The position numbers and the translations under genes were made by a program. A DNA stretch of 64,000 nt from Lepidodermella squamata (lineage: Eukaryota; Animalia; Gastrotricha), in contig JBLDXI010000024.1 of NCBI GenBank assembly GCA_047495785.1, forward strand, positions 2,852,001 through 2,916,000. The letters are read 5' to 3'. The notes beneath the pieces are model-generated. The model made no database searches. It was not told the DNA's origin and saw only the letters and a program-made list of their open reading frames with translations. Positions 10,908 to 22,500 of the stretch are shown here, one piece after another (within the stretch, counting starts at the first letter, position 1; each line of letters opens with the position of its first letter).

Positions 10908-13257
10908 ATGATGAACGATAGAATAGCTATCAACGCGCCCATCTTCTTCAATTCGTTCAGCAACACCAACGAGCCCGTAGTTGCAGCTCAAACTCAGTAC
11001 GTACTGCCGTTGAGGGATGAGGCGGACGAAGACTTTGACCAACAACTTATCCTGAGCTACTTGGGAAATGTTCGACTCGAGGCGAATGCCACCAATTTAC
11101 AGGTTGAAATTTGAAAAAATTTAATTTCACTTTTTTACTTCGAAGTTTGATTCGGCACTTGATTTAACAATTTTAAATTTAAATTTCGAGATTTCAAAAT
11201 TATTTAAATATTCAAAATTTCAAAATTTCAAAAATTCAAATTTATTTTTTCAATTTTTTTCTTCAGAGTATTCTCGCAAGATATCGAGCGGTTCAACCTG
11301 CTGAGTTCATGGACGTTGTGTTTTTGGTTGTTTCCCTTCTCGGGTGTCTACTCAATACATTCCTTCTGGCGATGCTTGTGAGGTGCGAGTGTCGAAACAA
11401 CAAGGGACACGCGAGGCAGATCAGCCAACGACCTTTTCTTGCAATAATTGCTACAGCTCATGTAATACAGGCTACGCTTTTTCTATCAATTATACTATTG
11501 AATTTCAATATTTCAAAAATTTAATTTTTTCCAATTTGCTAGGTTATTGAAAAAAAATAATCGGGTAAATCTAAAATTCAACAAAATTTAAATTTCAAAT
11601 GTTCATATTTAAAAAAATTCAAAATAGCAAAAGTTTTAAAATTAAAAAAAATGTCGAAATTGAAAAACTCAAAATTCAAAATTTCAAAAGTTTGTAAATT
11701 CAAATGTTAAAAATTCGAAATTTTAAATCGGCAAAATTTGATTTTCAAAATCTTCAAAAATTTCAAAAATTTCAAAAATTCAAAATTCAAAATTTCAAAA
11801 GTTCTGAAATTTTCAAATATTAATTTTCCATATTTTTGCAGAATTTTTTCATTAGGGACTGTTTGCATTTTTGCAGGTTGTTCTTTGCTCCGTTCACGTG
11901 ATCGAGTTTCTACTCGTTAATACTAGCCTATTAGAATCGTGGCTGCTTTGCCTGCAATTTTTCAAACGCCGCGTTGTAACGAATCTCTGCGATTTGCTCA
12001 TCATCGGCTCCGTCCTAACGTGCGCCGTCGATAATTACATCGCCGTCGTCCACCCTGGCTTCCACCGCTTCGAACGCTCCAAGATAAATCTCGTCTTCAC
12101 GTGTTCAGTCGCTTTCTACTCGATTTTCGTCGTCCTACTCGCTTTCAGCGACTTTTACCTACCCCTAGCAATCGACCAAGACACTTGCCCGGAATTGCGA
12201 GATCGACTAAAATTAACCGAAGATCGGAACCTGGTCTACCCGACTAGTTATCTCGCCTCGCCAGATGAATTCAACAATTATTGCCAATTAATCGAGCATT
12301 GCCAATTGTTGAGGCCGTCGATTGAATGGACAGTTTTAATCGCCTGGGTTTTATCGGCTGTTTTGAACAGCTATTTCTACATTAAAACCGCCGTAGTCCT
12401 ACGCCAATCCTACGGCAAAATTTTTGTAGGCGACCCGAGTTTGCTGAACGCCTTCAGACGCCACTCTGTAGTGGCAGCGAAATTACGGAATATTGTCTCT
12501 TGGAGTGGCAACAGCGTCGCGAGTCTTAATAGGACTTCAGGCAATATCGAAATCAACGACGAGCCGATTCATTTTAAGCTGGATAGGACTTGCAGTAGTA
12601 GAGTTGAAACGCCAGCTTCGCTCAGCCTCAAGCCGCCAAATTCGATAATGCCCGAGGATGAGCATCTTCAAGCTCCAGCTTGCACCAGGCGAGCATCGGC
12701 TGTTGGCAGCATTCGAAGAGATGATAAAAACCCTCTACGGCGGTTTTCTGTCTTTTCGTTCCGATTATCCCGCGAGGACTCAATTTTCGGCGAACAACAA
12801 GCTTATCGCCAGAGTTCGGAGCGATTAGACCGTGACGTCAAATCTACGCAGCGTCAGCACGCTAGGATTTATCGGGCTAGGTGCCGAGCCTCGTAAATTA
12901 ATTCCAATAATTAATCAACTCAAAAAAATCGATTATTTTTTTTCAGGGCAGCTATGATTGTTATCCTAGGCGTTTTTATCATCACGTGGTCGCCAGCGGT
13001 TTCGTTTCAAATTGCGAATGCCATTTTCTTCACGGAGCAATTTCGCCTCGAAGTCATGCCATCGCTATTTCCGATGATTCGATATTTTTACCTTCTTTTA
13101 CTGGTAATTTTTCCTGATTTTCTTTTGCGATTTTTCCTGATTTTTATTATTTTAGTTGAATGCTGTAATCGATCCAATCGTTTATTGCTACGCCTCGCCT
13201 CGAATCGTTGAGAGCATTGTTAAAATTTTCAAGCGAAAACGAGACGCTGAAAAATAA
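10908..13257 (+). CDS. Orphan class A (rhodopsin-like) GPCR, tandem copy A
   Basis: Exons 10908-11102, 11267-11461, 11877-12892, 12947-13103, 13156-13257; 7 hydrophobic segments; GCLLN (TM1), AVDNYIAVVHP (TM3), TWSP (TM6), NAVIDPIVY (TM7); long Ser/Arg-rich ICL3. Confidence 0.9.
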
Positions 13258-13552
13258 TCGCGAATTTATTGAGAGTGTGATAATTTGAATTCTCATGAAA
13301 AAATAATGATATTCTCACGAGCAATAAAAGTTTGGTAAAAAATTGATGAAAGCTGATTGCTGAAAAATAGCGAAGAAGCCATATTGGCAAGGTGAGGGTG
13401 CGCTGTGGGGATTAACAACTCAGTTTTCATTATAAGGATCAGCCGCAAAAATAGCAGCAGCAAAATCTCGCATCGGATTAACAGTTTTCAATAATTAAGT
13501 TTCATCAATGAAGTAATCTTTTTCAATTCAGTTATTTTCTGATTGAGAAAAA

Positions 13553-15319
13553 ATGTGCATCACCTTGAATACGTTCAGACTCTCCTCTAACTTCGATAAT
13601 TTTTCGCGACCAGAGACACCGGTATATGAACCATTTTCAAGCTTATACAATTGTAAAGAAAATTCCTAATTTTAGCAGGAATTAATTCACCAAAGCGGAA
13701 TCCTGCACCCAGTTGACTGGATTTGTCTCTCAGTTTCGATTTTAGGGCTATTTCTCAACATAGTCCTACTGATTTGGTTTCTCAGGACTAGAAACAGCAA
13801 GAGAAATGGAAAGAAAACAGCCCTTTCAATCCAAATGCCCTACAGGATCCTTATCCTTACCTGCCACGTAAGTTGGAAATTTCGTTAATTTAATTATTTT
13901 TAAGGAGGATTTTTTAAAGATTTGCCTATGCTCGGCAAATATAGCTGAATTCGGCCTGCAACTAAGCTCCGCACCTCAACTTTTCATCCTGAGCCTGCGA
14001 TTCATCAAGCGAAGAATTGTTACGAATTTATGTGATTTGGTCATAATTGGAGCGGTTCTGGCTTGTGGCATCGATAATTACCTAGCCGTCGTCCATCCTT
14101 GCTATCATCGAGTCAATAAACATCGAGTTCGCCTCGGTCTGACCCTTTTCATCTCAGCCTACATAGCAATTACGGTGGCAATCGCTCTCAGCGATTTCAT
14201 ATTAATTGGCATCAATTTTTGCTCGGATTCCTTTAATTCTTCAATTGAAAACGTGATTTTTGAGAGTTGTCATTTGGCGAAACCACTGGTTGAATGGTTC
14301 ATCCTAATCATCTGGACTGTTTCAGCTTGTTTGAACTCATTTTTTTACATAAAATCAGCCATTGTGCTGAGGGGGTCGTTCGAGAACATTCTAAGCCGTG
14401 ATAACTCTATGATAAGGATCGATCGGTCGAACAGGTCTTCTATCGCTAGACGGATCAAGATGAGCCAGTCCAGCTTCCTCAGCTACGGATCCACCCTAAC
14501 TTCAACTCGGCCTAGTATGAACGACCAGAATAGCGCAATTTTGGCAAGCAGCATCAGCAAGGCGCAGAGTCAGTCATGCGCAACGCTAAATGAAACCCTA
14601 CTAATGCTGAATAATCTCGTCAATGAGGTGTCGTCGCATCGTCTCAAGTCGCCGGATGAGCCGAAAAGCTTGAAATTGTACATGGTTGTTGACGGCCATT
14701 TAGCGGCTAAACGGCGGCGGAGTAGTCAGTTGGCGAACTTTCGCCAGGCCCACAGCTTAGAGACCCTTGAACCGCCGATTTCTCCATTGCCTGACATGTT
14801 AAGATCGGCGACTAATTCGACCTTAAGTGGGTCGACTACTACGTCGAAGTGTGACTTGTCACTATGGGGTAGTACCACTTCAGTCGGCAAATCCTATACT
14901 TCAACGCAACAGTTGCGGCTTCGAATTTCGCGGGCTAGGAGGCGAGCTTCGTAAGCTAAACTTTTTTGACCTGAATTTAGTCATTTTTCTGACATTTATT
15001 CAGGATGACAATGATTCTGATTCTTGTCGTTTTCATTTTAACCTGGCTGCCGGAGGTGTCCTTTCAAATAGCGAATGCCATCGTATTCAACGAGACATTA
15101 CGGCTCAAATTTTTGCCCTACTTTCAGCCCGTCCTCAAATACTTCCATCTTCTACTTTTGGTGAGTATATATAAGGATTAGCTCATTTAATGCAATAATT
15201 AATATGTCATTATATAGCTTAACACGATAATTGATCCAATAATCTACTGCTACGGCGCGCCGAGGTTTGCGAAGAAAATTCACGGTTTGTTTAGATGCCG
15301 AGCATCAAAGGCTGAATGA
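13553..15319 (+). CDS. Orphan class A GPCR, tandem copy B
   Basis: Exons 13553-13621, 13679-13867, 13920-14950, 15004-15160, 15218-15319; GIDNYLAVVHP, TWLP, NTIIDPIIY. Confidence 0.88.
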
Positions 15320-15698
15320 TGATTGATGACCCTTGTCTGGACAAATCGAACACTCAGCTTATTTATCCCATTTGACATTTATTTTCGAACAACAAAAAAT
15401 TGTGTTCAATAAACAGAATCTAACATCGTCACGAAATTGTCTGAGATGTTATAAATATATGGCTAATTACTGGGCTGTTTATTTCGAGTCATATGAGCTG
15501 CACTTATTTTTGCCAAATCGAATTACATCCAAACAGTCAACGTGAGGGGATGAGTGTATATCTGGGTTATAGTTTGCTCGCTGCTATCAAAGTCAATAAC
15601 CGTAAAATGGGTATGGATTGCTCCTCACGCGGCTAAAATAATTTGAACTCGACAGTCAACCTTTTTTCAACTGGGGAAACACGTCGTAATTTCACACC

Positions 15699-17347
15699 AT
15701 GAAGTTTGAGAAAAGTCATCCTGCGACCGACGCAAGTTCGACCTATTTTCTATACGACGAAGCTAGCCTTGATGCTTTGTATGCGAGTTTGGACTTCGCC
15801 CCCAGAATTGATTGGTTGGACATTGTATTTCTGTCTGTGTCGATTGCTGGCCTTATCCTCAACTTGGCATGGCTCATTTGGCTGTTTTTGCAGTGCAGAA
15901 ACAAAGGCGGATTAAATCAGCAACCTTTCTTCCTCATTATTGCGATGTGCCATGTTAGTTGTAATCAGTTTTATTCCTTTCCTTTCCTTTCCTTTCCTTT
16001 CCTTTCCTTTCCTTTCCTTTCCTTTCCTTTCCTTTCCTTTCCTTTCCTTTCCTTTCCTTTCCTTTCCTTTCCTTTCCTTTCCTTTCCTTTCCTTTCCTTT
16101 CCTTTCCTTTCCTTTCCTTTCCTTTCCTTTCCTTTCCTTTCCTTTCCTTTCCTTTCCTTTCCTTTCCTTTCCTTTCCTTTCCTTTCCTTTCCTTTCCTTT
16201 CCTTTCCTTTCCTTTCCTTTCCTTTCCTTTCCTTTCCTTTCCTTTCCTTTCCTTTCCTTTCCTTTCTGCTTCCGTGTTCTAATTTCCTCTTATTTTGCAG
16301 ATTTCTTTGTGTAGCGTGCAAATAGTTGAATTTGCATCCATCCACGGGCCTAGTCTTCCATCGCTAGCGCAATGGTCCAATTGTTTACGGTTCTTCAAAA
16401 GGCGAATCCTCATCAACATATGCGACCTACTCATAATGGGCTCAGTGACCGCCTGCGCAATAGACATCTATCTCGCCGTGGTCCACGCCGGGTTTCATCG
16501 CTTCGAGCGCCCTAAAATTAAGGTGACCCTCGCAGCATGCTTCGCCACCTACGTGATAGCCATGACCTTACTCGCACTCACCGACATCATTTTGCCCTTA
16601 ATAATGGACTCTGAGACATGTCAATATGTACGAAAAGGGCTAGATTCAACCTCTTTTGACATTGCGACCAAGATGAACGACATGTGCTCGATGATTGAAG
16701 ACTGCTACGACAACAGGCCGTTAATGGAGTGGGCGGTTTTGGCTACCTGGGTCATTTCCGCCATAACGAACACTGTTTTGTATCTAAAAACCGCGGTAGC
16801 CCTGCGACAATCCTGTTTGAATCTATTTCCTATAGAAGACCGACATAGCAGGACTTCCTTCAGCTCAGAGGCAACTGTCATAAGCTTCGAAAGAAGGAGG
16901 AGCAAGCAAACCACTGTGTCTAGGAACCGGTCATTATCTGCCCAACAACAAAGTATTCGAATACTGAGGTCGAGATGCAGAGCGTCGTAAGCTTGACCAA
17001 AATTGTTCACTATTTGAATCGTTAACAAACTTTTCAGATCGACATTAATAGCGATTTTAGGCATTTTCATGGTCACTTGGTCACCATCAGTGGCATTTCA
17101 GATCGCGAATGCATTACTTTTCGGCGAGGAGTTCCGGTTGGAGCGTCTGCCTGCCCTTCTCCCCATGGTTCGGTATTTCCATCTGTTGCTGCTGGTGAGA
17201 TTTTGATTGGTTTTTATTTGTTATTCAGTCTTAACTCAAGTTTTTCCGTGCTTACAGTGTGGTGCAATTTTTGATCCGATTATCTACGTATTTTCTTCAT
17301 CGACGAAACCTGACTCTTTCAATTGCATGTTGAGTAGTCGTGATTAA
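15699..17347 (+). CDS. Orphan class A GPCR, tandem copy C (short ICL3)
   Basis: Exons 15699-15953, 16301-16986, 17038-17194, 17258-17347; AIDIYLAVVHA, TWSP, GAIFDPIIY. Confidence 0.88.
15974..16266 (+). repeat. (TTTCC)n pentanucleotide microsatellite, ~58 perfect units, inside intron 1 of GPCR C
   Basis: Read directly; the FPFLS and KERKG ORFs are artefacts of this repeat. Confidence 0.98.
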
Positions 17348-17503
17348 AAGTCCGTTCTGAAAATCCCTATGTCTATTGATTGCGTCGAATTGATAAAGCG
17401 TCCCTGAATTGATTGAACACAGGATTCTTTTTGCATCACGAACCGGGTGGTCTTGTAATTATGAAGTTTCCGAAAAGCAGTAATTTTTAGCTGAAATAGT
17501 AAA

Positions 17504-19509
17504 ATGAACACTCCGGTGTTTTACAACTCCTTTCGACCGAAACAAGACGAAGCTGACAGCCAAGACAATCACCTGGATGATTTAACAGTAACGAATCAGG
17601 GCATTCGAAACTACCCAATTACTATTCCTGACTTTTTCTTGTTTCAGCAAATTCTAATAAGTGTAAAGCCTAGTTTGGAATTGGTCGACATCGTGACGCT
17701 GTCAATCGCGTTCATCGGATTCCTCATGAATAGCCTCCTTCTGATGACGTTCTTCGGTCGGAATATCCGAAGGCAGGCTACTGAACTAAGATCGAATTAT
17801 CAACGGCCTTACGTTGCCGTTATCGCGACATGCCATGTAAGATGACTCATTTCTACGTACTAAACCGAGTCTCATGAGTATCACGAGTCAAATTTTGATA
17901 TTTTCCTAATTTGACAGCTTTTCCTATTCCTAATTCCCATATTTGTCGGAGAAACCCCGAAAATCCCGAATGTTAGCGAATCGGGATTTTTCGGTATTTT
18001 TCTGGATATTTATTGTCTCACTGGTTATTAGATCTTCTTCATCGCTTGCATGAGAAACAATTCTATCTTATAATTCGATGTATCGCCAGGTCATTCTTTG
18101 CTTTGTCCACATTTTCGAAGTGTACCTCATCAACGTTACAAGTGTTCTCAACGAATGGGTCTTGTGCCTACGGTTCCTGAAGCGCAGGGTGGTCACAAAC
18201 TTCTGCGACATGTTCATCATCGGCTCGGTTGTCGCCTATGCCGCGGATAACTACATCGCCGTTGTCCACCCTAATTTTCACAGGGTCGAGCGTTCGCTCA
18301 TCAGAACCAGTCGATATTGCATCATTGCCTGCTTCACGATTTCAGTCACTTTTCTCATTTCTTTCGACTTTCTGCCGCTCTTTGCAAAGGCTGGAAATCT
18401 ATGCTCAGATTCCTTTTCGAACGTTGGTTCGATCGATGATTTCAGGCAGCTGTGCCAGCGCCTTGAAGACTGTCAGAACAACAGGCCGACCATTGAATGG
18501 GCTGTTCTGTTGGTGTGGGTAACCTCGGCTGTTCTCAACACCTTTTTCTTCATTAAAACAGCAATCGTGCTGAGGAAGTCGTACGGGAAATGTCAGGGCA
18601 TTTCTGAGATTAGCCCTAGATCGGCTAATATTAGCAGATCAAGAGAAAAATCGAAGGATTCTCAGGATTACAGCGATTCTAAGCCTAATTCAACACCTTG
18701 CGAGCTGCGGCGAAAAAGTTTCCGTGAGCATCGAATGTAAGTTTAACAGCCTTTATAGGATCGAGGCATTTAGCTGGATTGAAATAGGTCTGCTCTAAAA
18801 CCCTCGATATGCCTTGACATTGGGATCTCTGCTGGCAGCTTTGAAGGTGGTCTATCAGTGCGACGGCAGCTGATGCAATCTCGTCAAAGCACTGAAGAGT
18901 CGAAGGACAGAGCTTCCAATAGTCTGCATCCAGACACAATATCGCGGAGGTGTAGCTCACTCGATTCATCGTCGATAGATGGAAGTGATGGTTCGACAAC
19001 TTTGAGACAAAAGATGGTAGCTCTGGCTTCAAACATATCACTTACTTCTCTCATTGAACCACTCAAACGCCAATCGAACTGCACCAACACGTCAAGGCGT
19101 CATTCTGTTCAGTTGCAGAATTTGCGAGTCTCCCGAGCAAGATTACGTGCATCGTAAGCCGAAAAGTGTCCCTAGCAACCGTTGCTATGATTATGCGTTT
19201 TACTATCATTTCGATAGGATTATCATGGTGTTGATATTGGCGATCTTCCTGCTGACATGGTCTCCGAGTGTCTTATTTCAAATCGCTAATGCACTGGTTT
19301 TGGACGAGGACTTACGGCTCAAATACTCCATATCGCTATTCCCTATTGTGAGATACTTCTATCTGTTGCTGCTGGTAAGGCGGGTGGCAAAAAATGATGT
19401 TTACAATAATGGTGTTTTTCAGCTCAATGCAGTAATCGATCCTATTTTGTATTGTCTGGCTTGCCCACGTTACCACAGGCGGATGATGCGATGTTTCGCC
19501 AAAACTTGA
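17504..19509 (+). CDS. Orphan class A GPCR, tandem copy D
   Basis: Exons 17504-17587 (a 60-nt in-frame intron 17588-17647 is probable), 17648-17836, 18090-18736, 18788-19153, 19218-19374, 19423-19509; AADNYIAVVHP, TWSP, NAVIDPILY. Confidence 0.88.
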
Positions 19510-21118
19510 CGTGACATTATGAAATTAAAAGATTTATGAATGAACACATGACCGTCTGAAGCTATTCCCAAGGCACAGTTTTGGCTCCTGAGTGACGAGG
19601 ATATTTCAATGAATGAAAATGATATAAAAATAAAAATGGGTGCATCGGCTTGGATTTTCCTTTTATTCACGAGCCATCTAACCTTTCAAAATAGATAGGG
19701 ACAACTTCAAAGAAAACGTAGCGTTTTACACATATTGTGTGACTTCAGTGACAGTGACTTCTGCCCGAATCCACAATCTTGTTTCCATTGCAAACATTTT
19801 TAGCTGAATTTTTCACCGATCTCAGTGATCTCACATATTACTTCAGAATGCATCAGAACACTTTTCGGAATGCAGGTAGCACGATTGGCAGTACGAATTG
19901 AGGTTCCGCTGTAACCGAAGTTGAGTTCGGTCATTCATATTCCGTGGAGTGTTGGCTTTTTTATCATCAAACTTTCGTTGAATCAGCGCACAAGGCACTT
20001 TTTTCTTACTCACTTCTGTGGCTAAGCCCCGAATTTTAGGCCGACACAGAGGGAATAAGCAAGCGATTATCTCACCCACTCACTTGACATGTCTAGAGTC
20101 TAGACTTGGCTTATTGATTAAATAGTACAACTAAGAGGCGTTGCAATCTTCCTACTTAATTAATTAATATCTAATTATATTTAATTTATTTTTTAATTCA
20201 TATATTTCATATTTATTTAATTTATTTAATTGCAGCCGTTACCACGCGTCTTTGTTCGAACTATTTAAACAGAAAACTGCAATATCGCTCGCCATTCAGC
20301 CTTCAGAGCTCGACCTTTCTTGCAAAACAGCAATCGCTATAGCCGCCTATAGCACATGCTCGATTTTTATCACGCGATGTTTTTTTGAACAATTGAGTAT
20401 TTACTGGGTATGTCAATTAAGACATGTTAGAAAACGTGATATACGGTAACAGGAAATTCCATAAAAAATAGTCTAAACTGCACGACGTTTGGGGGCAATG
20501 GGCCAAATTGTTTTCTCGCGTCGCGCTCGCTGCTTGCTCTTTTTAGTGCTATTTTCTCACTCGCGACGGGTGTAGTTCACAGGAAAAGAATGAATGGGTA
20601 GGTATTTTAGGGCTTGTCGCCGGAAAGACCAGTTCGGAGGCTATTCAATCGTTCTGGCGAGCAGCGGAAATAGTTTTTAGGAGCCACTTGAACCTGAATT
20701 CTGTTCAATTCTGTGGACAACCGTCCACTGATTTTAAGGACAGTTTTTACAGCGAGAGGCAATCATCGATCTGTGTATGTTGGTGCGTGAACCCAGCCTA
20801 CGCGCAGCATGCCATTCACAAAACTAATGCAGGGACTTTGTCGAGGGTACACCGACTAAGCCCACGTTGGTGATGTCTAGCCTCCGCCAACCATACCACG
20901 TCTTTTCCGGAGCTGGATTTCCAGGAGCAGGTGTCGCTGGGGCAGCCAATATAAACACTTGCATAAAACGGATGTCATCATCATCTGGATAAAAAACATT
21001 TCCCCAGCATATGTTGGATTTGGCAATAGCATAGGATTCTCTATAGTCTCCCAATATTCTGATTCACCTACTTCTTTTCTACTTTAGGATTCCTAACTGA
21101 TTTTAACTCAACTTCAAG

Positions 21119-21499
21119 ATGAACCCTTCGGTCGTGCTTCTACTGTTGTTTTTCGCTGTTTCCGCCGTTGCGTCGCCTGTTCGCAGCAAGAAAGAAGGTA
21201 TGGCATGAAACCAAATGTCCCCAGCCAACTTTTCAACCCTGCTTTTTATCGCAGATGATGCTGGTCTAACAAAGGCACTGATGCGAGGCGATTTCAGCAA
21301 AATGCGAGATACCTCGCGTAAACTGCGCAGCGATGAATGGAAAGAGCGGTTCAACGCATGCATGACCATTTTCCGGTCGTTGCAAGTCTGCAAGCAGATG
21401 CATACGGATGTCAACCATTTGTGGGCTCAGCGAATAGCTGCGCAGGAATTTGCGACTGGCAACAAGTTTCAACAGGTTTTAAGAAGAAACAACGAGTAA
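21119..21499 (+). CDS. Unknown small secreted 2-Cys protein, family member 1
   Basis: Exons 21119-21197 and 21255-21499 (phase-1 intron); MNPSVVLLLLFFAVSAVASP...LMRGDFSKMR...RFNACMTIFRSLQVC...LWAQRIAAQE. Confidence 0.85.
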
Positions 21500-22019
21500 T
21501 TCTGCGCCTTAAGCTGACCTATAATATATATAAGTACATATTGTGGAATTTTTACCCGCTTGAAGCGCAAAAGAGCTTTCATAAATAAACTAGAAAATGT
21601 TTTAAAAACTGTTTTTCTTAAGAAGAAATAAGGTTTCCCTTGTAACTTATACTTTACCATGGCTTTTTGATCGCCATAGGATTGTCGATCCTTTGCAGTT
21701 GGTAATTACTAAACTATGGGTGCGATCCTAAACTCGTGTTTCTGATTTTGTTTTATAAAAGCGAAAAAAAACATTACATTTCTTTCAAGCCGGTGTGTTT
21801 TACACATGTTAAGAGGCACGCGAGTTTATTTTGCTTAAAAACAACAAGAATAAAATAAAATTCAACAGAATAAAGAAACGCACCCATTGGCGTGCCTTCT
21901 TATTCGGGAATTGTTTGATTTTTCAAGATTTTTCTGTATATGGTCTGAGGGAGGTTATTCTACTTTCGCGAATTATAAGGCCTGACCGAAATATTGGGCA
22001 GACCCCCGGAGTAAAGGGC

Positions 22020-22500
22020 AAAGATCACTTGAAATGATGAAAGGCTGAGCCGTATGTAGTGATAGGCAGGGCCTTGTAACACGTGGCATGCATGAGCACT
22101 TGCTGGTTATGTGGTCGAAGCTGGACTGCTCAACATTAAGTATACTAATCTTCCTCAATCCGCCTTAATCCACTTGAGCAATCACTCTACGCCAGTGTGC
22201 GAAGTGGGATCATATAACTGAGGTGCTTTCTGGCCGAAGAAATCAAAGGGCCCCCCTGTAGACTTTTCAGTCTTCATCTGGGTTGAGTCCCGGAGATGGG
22301 GTGTCGCGACCCTAAATATAAGGCAGGAGTTTGATAAAAAGTTGGCCCTCTCTTACAATTATAGCTGAGTCCATAGCTGGATCACTCTTTTGTTGTTTCT
22401 CCAAGGTTGTTCTTTGTTATTAAAATATACATTACTGAATGAGTAGCCGGGGTGTTCATTGGCAAGTGCGACCTCTGGAGTGACTAGATGAAGCAATATG
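22020..22500 (-). mobile_element. Possible highly decayed LINE ORF2 (RT C-terminal) fragment
   Basis: Broken minus-strand frames give ALYLG and CYKALPITTYGS, resembling the YLG and LYKA.vlP.l.YGse motifs downstream of LINE RT; many stops. Confidence 0.25.

Noticed and set aside
15699-16345. ORFs with FPFLS / KERKG repeats
   Set aside because: Translations of the intronic (TTTCC)n microsatellite; the real exon ends at the conserved CH|GT donor (15953)
10908-19509. GPCRs as opsins
   Set aside because: TM7 (YFYLLLLLNAVIDP) has no retinal-binding Lys
20750-21054. Coding-looking minus-strand stretch (APATPAPGNPAPEKTWYGW)
   Set aside because: No recognisable domain, no start or splice context, and an internal stop
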